From contig JACPTK010000004.1 in assembly GCA_016192825.1 (NCBI GenBank), positions 2,905-66,904 of the forward strand: a stretch of 64,000 nucleotides of DNA, given 5' to 3'. A model generated the notes under the pieces. That model worked only from the letters and a program-made list of their open reading frames with translations, did no database searches and was not told the origin of the DNA. The position numbers and the translations under genes were made by a program. The stretch comes from Betaproteobacteria bacterium. Its GTDB lineage: Bacteria; Pseudomonadota; Gammaproteobacteria; Burkholderiales; SG8-41. Below, in pieces: positions 33,421 to 42,596 of this stretch; position 1 is the first letter of the stretch; every line of letters begins with the position of its first letter.

Positions 33421-34863
33421 TCAGACCACGAACCGGTCCACGAATTCATTGACGGGCGTCGCTTCCAGGCGCTGCTGGTCATGGCACAGGGACAGTATCG
33501 CCTGCTGCTGCTTGGGCGCGAAACGCCGCGCGAGATGGGTGCGGAACTTGGCTTCGAGCAGCGGCACGCCTTCCTTGCGACGGCGGCGGTGGCCGACGGG
33601 GTATTCGACGGCGACCGGGTCCGTCTTCGAGCCGTCGTTGAAGAATATCTGCACAGCGTTGGCGATCGAGCGCTTGGCCGGGTCCATATAGTCCCGGCTC
33701 CAGCGCTTGTTTTCCACGCACACCATCCGCGGCCGCAACCGGTCGATTCGGGGATCGGCCGCCGCGCCATCCTCGTAATCGGAGGCCGCGAGCGTGCCCT
33801 TCATGAGCCCGATGGCGACCATGTACTGCAGGCAGTGGTCGCGGTCCGCCGGGTTGTGAAGGGGGCCCTTCTTGTCGATGATGCGGATGGCGGATTCGTG
33901 GGTCGTGATGACGATTTTCTTCACCGCATCGAGGCGGTCACGGACTTGCGGGTGCAGCTGGATCGCGGCTTCGACGGCGGTCTGGGCGTGAAACTCGGCG
34001 GGAAAGGAAATCTTGAACAGCACATTTTCCATGACGTAGGAGCCGAACGGCCGCTTGAAGCGGAACGGCCTGCCCCCGAACAGCACGTCGTAGAAGCCCC
34101 AGGTCTTCGCGGTAAGGGCGGAGGGGTAGCCCATCTCGCCCTTCAACGCGAACAGCGCCAGCCGGACCGCGCGGCTGGTGGCATCGCCCGCCGCCCACGA
34201 TTTGCGCGACCCGGTGTTGGGCGCGTGGCGGTAGGCGCGCAGGGACTGCCCGTCGATCCACGCGTTGGAGACCGCGTTGACGATTTCCTCGCGGGTGCCG
34301 CCCATCATGTGGGTGACGACGGCGGCGGAGGCGACCTTGACCAGCACCACGTGATCCAGCCCGACGCGGTTGAAGCTGTTTTCGAGCGCGATCACGCCCT
34401 GGATTTCGTGCGCCTTGATCATCGCGGTGAGCACGTCGCGCATCACCGGCGGCTTCGCGCCCCGGGAGAGGCGCGTGCGCGCCAGCCAGTCGGCGGTGGC
34501 AAGGATGCCACCCAGGTTGTCGGACGGATGGCCCCACTCGGCGGCGAGCCAGGCGTCGTTGAAATCGAGCCAGCGGACCATCGTGCCGAGGTTGAAGGCC
34601 GCCGTCACGGGGTCGAGCTGGTACGGCGTGCCCGGCACCTTCGCGCCGTCGGGCACCACGGTGCCCGCGACGATGGGACCGAGCAGCTTGGTGCACGCCG
34701 GGTACTCAAGCGCTTCCAGCCCGCAGCCCAGCGTGTCCATCAGGCACAGCCGCGCCGTGTTGTAGGCTTCATCGCTCTTGATCGGGAATCCGGCGACGTA
34801 CTCGGCGATGTCCGTCAGAACTTTATCTGGTTTCGGACGGGTATTGGAGATGCGGGAGCTCAT
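33421..34863 (-). CDS. prpD: 2-methylcitrate dehydratase
   Basis: 480 aa with the MmgE/PrpD family pattern ([11 protein letters not shown].., [13 protein letters not shown]) and adjacency to prpC. Confidence 0.9.
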   Translation of the reverse strand: MSSRISNTRPKPDKVLTDIAEYVAGFPIKSDEAYNTARLCLMDTLGCGLEALEYPACTKLLGPIVAGTVVPDGAKVPGTPYQLDPVTAAFNLGTMVRWLDFNDAWLAAEWGHPSDNLGGILATADWLARTRLSRGAKPPVMRDVLTAMIKAHEIQGVIALENSFNRVGLDHVVLVKVASAAVVTHMMGGTREEIVNAVSNAWIDGQSLRAYRHAPNTGSRKSWAAGDATSRAVRLALFALKGEMGYPSALTAKTWGFYDVLFGGRPFRFKRPFGSYVMENVLFKISFPAEFHAQTAVEAAIQLHPQVRDRLDAVKKIVITTHESAIRIIDKKGPLHNPADRDHCLQYMVAIGLMKGTLAASDYEDGAAADPRIDRLRPRMVCVENKRWSRDYMDPAKRSIANAVQIFFNDGSKTDPVAVEYPVGHRRRRKEGVPLLEAKFRTHLARRFAPKQQQAILSLCHDQQRLEATPVNEFVDRFVV

Positions 34864-34884
34864 GTGCCTCGAAACGCGCGGCTA

Positions 34885-34956
34885 GCGGATCGCGACTCGC
34901 GGATGGTGACAGCTTGCTTGATTGGCCCGGTCACGAGCCGCGATCCGCGAGTCACT
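34885..34956. repeat. Inverted pair of GC-rich heptamer arrays (GCGGATC GCGACTC GCGGATG GTGACAG ... GGTCACG AGCCGCG ATCCGCG AGTCACT)
   Basis: Left arm 34885-34912 and right arm 34929-34956. GACTCGCGGAT pairs with ATCCGCGAGTC. The right arm overlaps the prpC stop. Confidence 0.75.
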
Positions 34957-36100
34957 TTCGTTCCTGAATGGGAGCGAAGGGCCGCGGCTCGGGCCCGGTG
35001 TAGACCGCGGTGGGGCGGATGATCTTGTTGTCGATGCGCTGCTCGATGACGTGCGCCGACCACCCGCTGGTGCGGGCGATGACGAAGATCGGCGTGAACA
35101 TCGCCGTGGGCACGCCCATTCGGTGGTAGGAAACGGCCGAGAACCAGTCGAGGTTGGCGAACATCTTCTTCTCGCGCATCATCACCTGCTCGATGCGGTC
35201 GGCGATCTCGAACATCTCCATCTCGCCCGCGTCCGCCGAGAGCCGCCGCGCCACTTCCTTGATGATCTTGTTGCGCGGGTCGGCGATGGTGTAGACCGGG
35301 TGCCCGAAGCCGATCACGACCTCCTTGTTGCGCAGGCGCGCCACGATGTCGCGCTCCGCGGCGTCAGGGCTTTCGTAACGGTTCATCACTTCGAACCCGA
35401 CTTCGTTGGCGCCGCCGTGCTTGGGGCCCTTGAGCGCCCCGATCGCGCCGGTGATCGCCGAGTGCATATCGGAGCCGGTGCCGGCGACGACGCGGGCGGC
35501 GAAAGTGGAAGCGTTGAACTCGTGCTCGGCGTAGAGATTGAGGGAGGTGTGCATGGCCCGCACCCACAGCGACTTCGGCGGCTTCCCGTGCAGCAGGTGC
35601 AGGAAGTGACCGCCGATCGAGTCGTCACCGGTTTCGACCTCGATGCGGCGCCCGTCGCGGCTGTAGTGATGCCAGTAGAGCAGCATGGAGCCGAAGCAGG
35701 CCATCAGGCGATCGGCGATGTCGCGGGCGCCGCCGAGGTTGTGATCCTCCGCTTCCGGGAGCACGGTGCCGAGCGCCGAGCAGCCGGTGCGCAGCACGTC
35801 CATGGGATGGGCCGAGGCGGGGATCTGCTCGAGGGTGGTTCGCACCGCGGCGGGCAGGCCACGCAGGGATGCGAGTTTTTTCTTGTACCTCGCGAGCTCG
35901 GCCGCGTTGGGGAGCTTCTCGTGCACCAGCAGGTGCGCGATCTCCTCGAATTCGCACTGCTCGGCCGTGTCGAGTATGTCGTAGCCGCGGTAATGGAGAT
36001 CGTTGCCGCTGCGGCCGACCGTGCACAAGGCGGTGCTGCCGGCGGCAATGCCCGAGAGCGCCACCGATTTCTTAGGCTTCGGACCTTGTGATTCGCTCAT
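34952..36100 (-). CDS. prpC: 2-methylcitrate synthase
   Basis: About 382 aa from ATG 36100 ([17 protein letters not shown]). It closely follows the PrpC pattern ([58 protein letters not shown]). The track start at 36136 lies inside the heptamer array. Confidence 0.88.
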   Translation of the reverse strand: MSESQGPKPKKSVALSGIAAGSTALCTVGRSGNDLHYRGYDILDTAEQCEFEEIAHLLVHEKLPNAAELARYKKKLASLRGLPAAVRTTLEQIPASAHPMDVLRTGCSALGTVLPEAEDHNLGGARDIADRLMACFGSMLLYWHHYSRDGRRIEVETGDDSIGGHFLHLLHGKPPKSLWVRAMHTSLNLYAEHEFNASTFAARVVAGTGSDMHSAITGAIGALKGPKHGGANEVGFEVMNRYESPDAAERDIVARLRNKEVVIGFGHPVYTIADPRNKIIKEVARRLSADAGEMEMFEIADRIEQVMMREKKMFANLDWFSAVSYHRMGVPTAMFTPIFVIARTSGWSAHVIEQRIDNKIIRPTAVYTGPEPRPFAPIQERK

Positions 36101-36124
36101 GGGCGAAAGCAGCGGCAGACGCGG

Positions 36125-36166
36125 GTCACCAGTCACCAGTCACCAGTCACGAGTCACGAGTCACGG
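36125..36166. repeat. Tandem heptamer array (GTCACCA) x3 (GTCACGA) x2 GTCACGG
   Basis: Six contiguous units between the mdh stop and the prpC start. Confidence 0.96.
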
Positions 36167-36172
36167 TATTAA

Positions 36173-37162
36173 TCAGCCGAGCAGGTGCTTGATGGCATCC
36201 CGCTCCTCGTGCAGTTCCTTGAGCGTCGCCATCATGCGGCCACGGCTGAATTCGCTCACCTCCAGGCCCTTGACGATCCGGTACTGCCCGTTCTTGCAGG
36301 TCACGGGGTAGCCGTAGATCACCCCCTCCGGGATCCCGTAGCTGCCGTCGGACGGTATGCCCATGCTCACCCAGTCGCCGGCGCGGGTGCCGCGAATCCA
36401 GTCGCGCACGTGCTCGATGGCGGCATTGGCGGCGCTCGCAGCCGAGGACAGGCCGCGCGCCTCGATGATGGCCGCACCGCGCTTCTGGATGACCGGGATG
36501 AACTGGCCCTCGAGCCAGGCCTGGTCGTTGACCTGCGGCCAGGCCTTCTTGCCGTCGGCCGTGGCCTGGAAGGGGTCCGGATACTGGGTGGCGGAATGGT
36601 TGCCCCAGACGGTCACCTTCCGGATGCTCGAGACCGGCTTGCCGAGCTTATGCGCGAGCTGCCCGACGGCCCGGTTGTGGTCGAGCCGCATCATCCCGGT
36701 GAAATTGGACGGCTTGAGCCCCGGGGCGTTCTTCATGGCGATCAGGCAGTTGGTATTGGCGGGATTGCCGACCACCAGCACCTTGACCTTGCGGCTCGCC
36801 ACCTCGGACAGGGCTCGCCCCTGGGGCGCGAAGATCTTGCCGTTCGCCTCGAGCAGGTCCTTGCGCTCCATGCCCGGGCCGCGGGGCCGGGCGCCGACCA
36901 GCAGCGCGACTTCGGCGTCCTTGAACGCGACCATCGGGTCCGCGGTGGGAATCATGCCGTGCACGAGGGGAAAGGCGCAGTCGTCGAGCTCCATCATGAC
37001 GCCCTTCAGCGCCTTCTGCGCCTTCTCGTCGGGAATCTCCAGCAGCTGGAAGATGACCGGCTGATCCCTGCCGAGCATTTCGCCGGCGGCGATGCGGAAC
37101 AGGAGGCTGTAGCCGATCTGGCCGGCGGCCCCGGTGACGGCGACGCGGACGGGTCGTTTCAT
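36173..37162 (-). CDS. mdh: Malate dehydrogenase
   Basis: 329 aa from ATG 37162 ([31 protein letters not shown]) with LDH/MDH family blocks ([13 protein letters not shown]). Confidence 0.93.
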   Translation of the reverse strand: MKRPVRVAVTGAAGQIGYSLLFRIAAGEMLGRDQPVIFQLLEIPDEKAQKALKGVMMELDDCAFPLVHGMIPTADPMVAFKDAEVALLVGARPRGPGMERKDLLEANGKIFAPQGRALSEVASRKVKVLVVGNPANTNCLIAMKNAPGLKPSNFTGMMRLDHNRAVGQLAHKLGKPVSSIRKVTVWGNHSATQYPDPFQATADGKKAWPQVNDQAWLEGQFIPVIQKRGAAIIEARGLSSAASAANAAIEHVRDWIRGTRAGDWVSMGIPSDGSYGIPEGVIYGYPVTCKNGQYRIVKGLEVSEFSRGRMMATLKELHEERDAIKHLLG

Positions 37163-37416
37163 GACGTGGACTCCTGAATTGCGGAAAATGATTTTGAGCT
37201 TCGGGAAGGAGGCGCGGCGGGACACGCTGCTAGCCGCGATGATAGCGAAGCCGCGCCGGGGGTGACAAGTTGAATCCGAAACAGTGCATTGCGCCCCTGC
37301 TCGCGCTCGGGACACCGGGCGGGTGCCACCGGGTATGCCTTATGCGGTGCGGCGAAAACTGCTAAGATTTCAACTCTCAAGCGTCGCGAACAACCTTCCC
37401 GCCACCCTGATTAGCA

Positions 37417-37791
37417 ATGCCCAAGCCGCGGCCGAAATATCTCAACCTGGTGAAGATCCGGCTTCCCATTCCGGGGATCGTTTCCATCATGCACCGGGTG
37501 AGCGGGGCCGTGCTGTTCGTTTTCATCCCGTTCCTGCTGACGCTGTTCGAACTGAGCCTCGAGTCGGCCCAGACTTTCGCGCGCTTCAAGGCGGTGTATT
37601 CGCACTGGGCGATCAAGCTGATCGTGATCGGACTGCTGTGGGGCTACCTGCACCATCTGTGCGCGGGGCTCCGCCACCTGGCGCTCGACCTCGACTACGG
37701 AACGGAGCTGGAAGCGGCGCGCGCCAGCAGCAAGGCGGTGCTCGTCGTCAGCATTGCCCTGACCGCCGTCGCCGGAGCGATGCTATGGTGA
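37417..37791 (+). CDS. sdhC: Succinate dehydrogenase cytochrome b556 subunit
   Basis: 124-aa three-helix membrane protein (..SIMHRVSGAVLF..) at the head of sdhDAB. Confidence 0.85.
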   Translation: MPKPRPKYLNLVKIRLPIPGIVSIMHRVSGAVLFVFIPFLLTLFELSLESAQTFARFKAVYSHWAIKLIVIGLLWGYLHHLCAGLRHLALDLDYGTELEAARASSKAVLVVSIALTAVAGAMLW

Positions 37792-38132
37792 GGCGCGAGG
37801 TCGTCGGTGCCCACTACGGCCTGCGCGACTGGCTCGCGCAGCGGATCACCGCGGTGATCATGATGGTGTATACCGCGCTGATCGTGTCGGCGCTGATCGG
37901 CGTGCGCCATTGGGACTACTGGCAATGGAAGGCGCTGTGGCAGGTGCCGGTGGTGCGCTACGCGACGCTGCTTTTTCTCGTAAGCCTGCTGCTCCACGCC
38001 TGGATCGGCATGCGCAACATCTTCATGGACTACATCAAGGATCCCGGACTGCGCCTGGCGCTGTACGTGATCGTGATCGGCGCCCTGGTGTGGTATGGCG
38101 TCTGGTCCATCCAGATCGTCTGGAGCCTGTGA
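37785..38132 (+). CDS. sdhD: Succinate dehydrogenase hydrophobic membrane anchor
   Basis: 115 aa from ATG 37785, overlapping the sdhC stop. Motifs: GLRDWLAQRITAV.., HAWIGMRNIFMDY. Confidence 0.85.
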   Translation: MVRREVVGAHYGLRDWLAQRITAVIMMVYTALIVSALIGVRHWDYWQWKALWQVPVVRYATLLFLVSLLLHAWIGMRNIFMDYIKDPGLRLALYVIVIGALVWYGVWSIQIVWSL

Positions 38133-39899
38133 ATGGCACTGCCGGTTCGCACTTTTGACGCGGTGATCGTCGGCGGCGGCGGGTCGGGCATGCGCGCCGC
38201 GCTGGAGCTCGCGCGCGCCGACCTCAAGGTCGCCGTGCTCTCCAAGGTCTTTCCGACGCGCTCGCACACGGTGGCGGCGCAGGGCGGCGTGGCGGCCTCG
38301 CTCGGCAACATCGACGAGGACAACTGGCACTGGCACATGTACGACACCATCAAGGGGTCGGACTACCTGGGCGACCAGGATGCGATCGAGTTCATGTGCC
38401 GCAAGGCGAACGAAGTGGTCTACGAGCTGGAGCACTTCGGCATGCCGTTCGACCGGCTCGCCGGCGGGAAGATCTACCAGCGCCCTTTCGGCGGGCACAT
38501 GCGGGAATACGGCAAATCCCCGGTGCCGCGCGCCTGCGCCGCGGCCGATCGCACGGGGCATGCCTTGCTGCACACGCTCTACCAGGCGAATCTCAAGGCG
38601 CGCACGCAATTTTTCGTGGAGTGGATGGCGCTCGACCTCATTCGCGCCCAGGATGGCACGGTGCTGGGCGTCACGGCGCTCGAGATGGAGACCGGCGAAG
38701 TGATGGTGCTGCAGGCGAAGGCGACGGTGTTCGCCACCGGCGGCGCGGGGCGCATCTTCGCAGCCAGCACCAACGCCTTCATCAACACGGGCGACGGGCT
38801 GGGCATGGCGGCGCGCGCGGGGATCCCGCTCCAGGACCTGGAGTTCTGGCAGTTTCACCCGACCGGAGTGGCGGGCGCGGGCGTATTGATCACGGAAGGC
38901 GTGCGCGGGGAGGGCGGCTACCTGCTGAACAAGAACGGCGAGCGCTTCATGGAGCGCTACGCGCCGAACGCCAAGGACCTCGCGAGCCGCGACGTCGTCT
39001 CGCGCGCGATGGCGACCGAAATCAAGGAGGGGCGCGGCGCCGGCAAGGACGGCGACTGCATCCTGCTCAAGCTCGACCATCTCGGCGAGGAAGTGATCAG
39101 CAAGCGGCTGCCGGGCATACGGGAGATCGCCAAGACGTTCGCCAACGTGGATCCGGTCAAGGACCCGATCCCGGTGGTGCCGACCTGTCATTACCAGATG
39201 GGCGGCATTCCCACCAATTACCGCGGGCAAGTGGTGGTTCCCGCCAACGGCAATCCCGAAACGGTGGTGCCCGGTTTCTACGCCGCGGGCGAGTGCGCCT
39301 GCGTCTCGGTCCACGGCGCCAACCGCCTTGGGTGCAATTCGTTGCTCGATCTGCTCGTGTTCGGCAAGTCCGCGGGCGAGACCGTGATCCGCGACCTCCG
39401 GAGCGAAGGCAAGTCGCACCGCAGCCTGCCCGGGGACGCGAGCGATCTCGCGCTCTCGCGCCTCGCGCGCCTCGATGGCCAGAAGAGCGGCGAGCGCGTG
39501 GCCGATGTTGGGGCCGACATGCGGCGCGTCATGCAGCTGCACTGCGGCGTGTTCCGGTTTCCGGACCTGCTGACCGAAGGCGTCAGGAAGATCAAGGAGG
39601 TGGCCGAGCGCGCCGGCCGCACCGAGATCACCGACAAGAGCCGGACTTTCAACACGGCAAGGGTGGAGGCGCTCGAGCTCGACAACCTCGTCGAGACCGC
39701 TGTCGCTTCCCTGGTGTCGGCGGACGCGCGCAAGGAAAGCCGTGGCTCGCACGACCGCGCCGATTTCCACCAGCGCGACGACGTGAACTGGATGAAGCAC
39801 ACGCTGTGGTACAAGCAGGGCAGCCGGCTGGAGTACAAGCCGGTTCACCGCAAGCCGCTCACCGTCGAGCCCTTCGAGCCCAAGGCCCGCGTCTACTGA
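38133..39899 (+). CDS. sdhA: Succinate dehydrogenase flavoprotein subunit
   Basis: 588 aa. Motifs: [46 protein letters not shown]. Confidence 0.97.
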   Translation: MALPVRTFDAVIVGGGGSGMRAALELARADLKVAVLSKVFPTRSHTVAAQGGVAASLGNIDEDNWHWHMYDTIKGSDYLGDQDAIEFMCRKANEVVYELEHFGMPFDRLAGGKIYQRPFGGHMREYGKSPVPRACAAADRTGHALLHTLYQANLKARTQFFVEWMALDLIRAQDGTVLGVTALEMETGEVMVLQAKATVFATGGAGRIFAASTNAFINTGDGLGMAARAGIPLQDLEFWQFHPTGVAGAGVLITEGVRGEGGYLLNKNGERFMERYAPNAKDLASRDVVSRAMATEIKEGRGAGKDGDCILLKLDHLGEEVISKRLPGIREIAKTFANVDPVKDPIPVVPTCHYQMGGIPTNYRGQVVVPANGNPETVVPGFYAAGECACVSVHGANRLGCNSLLDLLVFGKSAGETVIRDLRSEGKSHRSLPGDASDLALSRLARLDGQKSGERVADVGADMRRVMQLHCGVFRFPDLLTEGVRKIKEVAERAGRTEITDKSRTFNTARVEALELDNLVETAVASLVSADARKESRGSHDRADFHQRDDVNWMKHTLWYKQGSRLEYKPVHRKPLTVEPFEPKARVY

Positions 39900-39901
39900 C
39901 G

Positions 39902-40008
39902 GTGAATCGTGATTGGTGATTAGTGAGCGGACCAAACCGAAGAGCGACGCATGATGGACTTCCGTCTTCCCGCTTGTCACCAATCACTAAACACCACTCA
40001 CTAATCAC
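39902..40008. repeat. Inverted pair of heptamer arrays in the sdhA|sdhB spacer (GTGAATC GTGATTG GTGATTA GTGAGCG ... TTGTCAC CAATCAC TAAACAC CACTCAC TAATCAC)
   Basis: Left arm 39902-39929 and right arm 39974-40008. There is a 12-nt perfect complement: GTGATTAGTGAG (39916-39927) with CTCACTAATCAC (39997-40008). Confidence 0.9.
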
Positions 40009-40026
40009 GCAGTTGCGGAGCAGCCG

Positions 40027-40722
40027 ATGAGATTCTCGATCTACCGCTACAACCCCGAGGCCGACGAGAAGCCGCGCCTGCAGAGCTACGATATCGCGCT
40101 CGAGCCGACCGACCGCATGCTGCTCGACGCGCTGGTGCGCATCAAGGCGCGCGACGACACGCTGTCGTTCCGGCGCTCCTGCCGCGAGGGCGTGTGCGGG
40201 TCGGACGCCATGAACATCAACGGCAAGAACGGGCTCGCGTGCGTCACGCGGATCGCCGACCTGAAGGAGCCGGTGGAGATCCGGCCGCTGCCGGGGCTGC
40301 CGGTGGTGCGCGACCTGATCGTGGACATGTCGCAGTTCTTCAAGCAGTACCACTCGGTCAAGCCCTATCTCGTCAACAACGAGCCGCCGCCCGAGAAGGA
40401 GCGGCTGCAGTCCCCGGAGGATCGCGAGGAGCTGGATGGCCTTTATGAATGCATCCTGTGCGCCTGCTGCTCGACCTCCTGCCCGTCGTTCTGGTGGAAC
40501 CCGGACAAGTTCGTCGGTCCGGCCGGCCTGCTGCAGGCGTACCGCTTCATCGCCGACACGCGCGACCAGGCCACCAACGAGCGGCTGGACGATCTGGAAG
40601 ATCCGTACCGCCTGTTCCGTTGCCACTCCATCATGAACTGCGTGGAGGTGTGCCCGAAAGGGCTCAACCCGACGCGGGCGATCGGCAAGATCAAGGATCT
40701 GCTGGTCAAGCGCACCGTCTAG
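40027..40722 (+). CDS. sdhB: Succinate dehydrogenase iron-sulfur subunit
   Basis: 231 aa with three Cys clusters ([39 protein letters not shown]). Confidence 0.97.
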   Translation: MRFSIYRYNPEADEKPRLQSYDIALEPTDRMLLDALVRIKARDDTLSFRRSCREGVCGSDAMNINGKNGLACVTRIADLKEPVEIRPLPGLPVVRDLIVDMSQFFKQYHSVKPYLVNNEPPPEKERLQSPEDREELDGLYECILCACCSTSCPSFWWNPDKFVGPAGLLQAYRFIADTRDQATNERLDDLEDPYRLFRCHSIMNCVEVCPKGLNPTRAIGKIKDLLVKRTV

Positions 40723-40753
40723 GAATTCGTCGGTGCCCTGGCTCGACGAATTT
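40723..40753 (+). other. Hairpin directly after the sdhB stop (possible attenuator/terminator)
   Basis: Stem GAATTCGTCG / CGACGAATT(T) of 9-10 bp with an 11-nt loop; only a short T tail follows. Confidence 0.35.
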
Positions 40754-40842
40754 CATATTGGGCTAATTTGAAATCGGCAATATGGCGTGGTTGCTGCAGA
40801 TGATGGAATTCAGTAGCAGTGCCGAAATGCCGTTATATGCAA

Positions 40843-40874
40843 GGAATTTGCCGGACGATAGGCCGGCAAATTCC
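40843..40874. repeat. REP-like hairpin GGAATTTGCCGG-N8-CCGGCAAATTCC
   Basis: 12-bp perfect stem. A related copy (GGAGTTTGCCGG..CCGACAAACTCC) lies at 48414-48445. Confidence 0.6.
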
Positions 40875-40886
40875 TAGTTCGAGCGA

Positions 40887-41117
40887 ATGCGAGAACTGGA
40901 CCGCATCCGCTGGCGCTGCCGGCGCGGGTTGCTCGAGCTCGATCTCTTGCTCAGCGGATTTCTGGAGCGCCGTTTCGACCGGCTCGACGCGGCTGAGCGG
41001 CAGGCGTTCACGGAGCTGCTCGACCAGCCCGACAACGACCTGCTGGACCTGGTGCTGGGACGGTGCGAGCCGGCGCCGCGCTACCGGGCGGTGGTGGAGA
41101 TGCTGCGGGCGGGGTGA
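40887..41117 (+). CDS. sdhE: FAD assembly factor SdhE (Sdh5/YgfY family)
   Basis: 76 aa with the family motif WRCRRG.LELDLLL and a position between sdhB and gltA. Confidence 0.8.
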   Translation: MRELDRIRWRCRRGLLELDLLLSGFLERRFDRLDAAERQAFTELLDQPDNDLLDLVLGRCEPAPRYRAVVEMLRAG

Positions 41118-41188
41118 GGCAGTCCCGGACGCGCAGGGCGTGGGAGCGGCGCAAGCCGCGTGATGGATGGAAAACTGGGGAGACCAAC

Positions 41189-42487
41189 ATGGCAGAGAAA
41201 CTGGCAACCCTGAGCTTCAGTGACGGCACGCCGTCGGTCGATTTCCCCGTGCTGGGCGGCAGCGAAGGCCCGGAAGTGATCGACGTGCGGGCACTCTACG
41301 GCAAGACCGGCAAGTTCACCTACGACCCCGGCTTCATGTCCACGGCCAGCTGCCGCTCCACCATCACCTATATCGACGGCGACAAGGGGATACTGCAATA
41401 CCGCGGCTACCCGATCGAGCAGATCGCCGAGCATTGCACGTTCCTCGAGGTGGCCTACCTGATCCTCAACGGCGAGCTGCCGAACAAGAAGCAGCTCGAG
41501 GAATTCGTGACTACCGTCACCCACCACACCATGGTGCACGAGCAGCTCGGGCGCTTTTACTCGGGTTTCCGGCGCGACGCGCACCCGATGGCGGTGCTGT
41601 GCGGGGTGGTGGGCGCCCTGTCCGCCTTCTACCACGACTCGATCGATATTCACGACGAGCGCAGCCGGGAGATCGCGGCGTTCCGGCTGATCGCGAAGCT
41701 GCCGACCATCACGGCGATGACCTACAAATACAGCGCCGGACAGCCGTTCATGTACCCGAAGAACGCGCTGTCCTACGTGGACAACTTCCTCTACATGATG
41801 TTCGGCACGCCGTGCGAGGAGTACAAGCCCAACCGGACCCTGTCGCGGGCGATGGACCGCATCCTGATCCTTCACGCCGACCACGAGCAGAACGCGTCGA
41901 CCTCCACGGTGCGGCTCGCCGGCTCGACCGGCGCCAACCCGTTCGCGTGCATCTCCGCCGGCATCGCGAGCCTGTGGGGCCCGGCCCACGGCGGCGCCAA
42001 CGAGGCGGTGCTCAAGATGCTCGGCGAAATCGGCGACGTGAAGAACATTCCCGCGTTCATCAAGCGCGTCAAGGACAAGGACGGCCACGCCATGCTGATG
42101 GGCTTCGGCCACCGCGTCTACAAGAACTACGACCCGCGCGCCAAGCTCATCCAGAAGACCTGCCACGAGGTGCTGGAGGAGCTCGACCTCAAGGACGACA
42201 AGCTGTTCAAGCTCGCGATCGCGCTGGAGAAGGTGGCGCTCGAGGACGAGTACTTCGTCAAGCGCAAGCTCTATCCCAACGTGGATTTCTATTCCGGCAT
42301 CGTCTACAAGGCGCTCGGCATTCCGGTCGCGATGTTCACCGCGATATTCGCGCTCGCCCGCACGGTGGGTTGGATCGCCCAGTGGAAGGAGCTGATCAGC
42401 GACCCGGATCAGAAGATCGGGCGCCCGCGGCAGCTCTTCACGGGCGCGGCGCGCCGCGACTTCGTGCCCATGAACAAGCGAAAGTGA
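41189..42487 (+). CDS. gltA: Citrate synthase (type II, hexameric type)
   Basis: 432 aa from ATG 41189 ([13 protein letters not shown]..). Motifs: [30 protein letters not shown]. The track ORF starts earlier, at 41063. Confidence 0.95.
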   Translation: MAEKLATLSFSDGTPSVDFPVLGGSEGPEVIDVRALYGKTGKFTYDPGFMSTASCRSTITYIDGDKGILQYRGYPIEQIAEHCTFLEVAYLILNGELPNKKQLEEFVTTVTHHTMVHEQLGRFYSGFRRDAHPMAVLCGVVGALSAFYHDSIDIHDERSREIAAFRLIAKLPTITAMTYKYSAGQPFMYPKNALSYVDNFLYMMFGTPCEEYKPNRTLSRAMDRILILHADHEQNASTSTVRLAGSTGANPFACISAGIASLWGPAHGGANEAVLKMLGEIGDVKNIPAFIKRVKDKDGHAMLMGFGHRVYKNYDPRAKLIQKTCHEVLEELDLKDDKLFKLAIALEKVALEDEYFVKRKLYPNVDFYSGIVYKALGIPVAMFTAIFALARTVGWIAQWKELISDPDQKIGRPRQLFTGAARRDFVPMNKRK

Positions 42488-42571
42488 TTCGTGAGTCGTG
42501 AATCGTGATTCGAGGGCGTATCGTGTGCGGACCATAGCGGGCCGAATCACGAATCACCCATCACGATTCAC
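42484..42571. repeat. Inverted pair of heptamer arrays in the gltA|sucA spacer (GTGATTC GTGAGTC GTGAATC GTGATTC ... GAATCAC GAATCAC CCATCAC GATTCAC)
   Basis: Left arm 42484-42511, whose first unit contains the gltA TGA. Right arm 42544-42571. The centre is 32 nt. Confidence 0.92.
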
Positions 42572-42596
42572 GCTCTTGGGTTTCTGAGGCGCAGCC

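Noticed and set aside
36101-36136. ORF-track start codons that lie inside heptamer arrays (prpC at 36136, thioredoxin-fold gene at 33370, four-helix-bundle gene GTG at 27668).
   Set aside because: GTG/ATG triplets occur by construction in GTGA-type repeats. Downstream ATGs give N-termini that match the family (prpC 36100) or a proper signal peptide (33349).
39942-39950. A 9-mer (ATGCGTCGC on the minus strand) in the sdhA|sdhB element centre that matches the QMRR codons of the four-helix-bundle gene, considered as a possible remnant of a deleted cargo gene.
   Set aside because: A single 9-nt match is within chance expectation for these lengths, and I could find no extended colinear similarity by eye. 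A proper alignment is needed before any claim.
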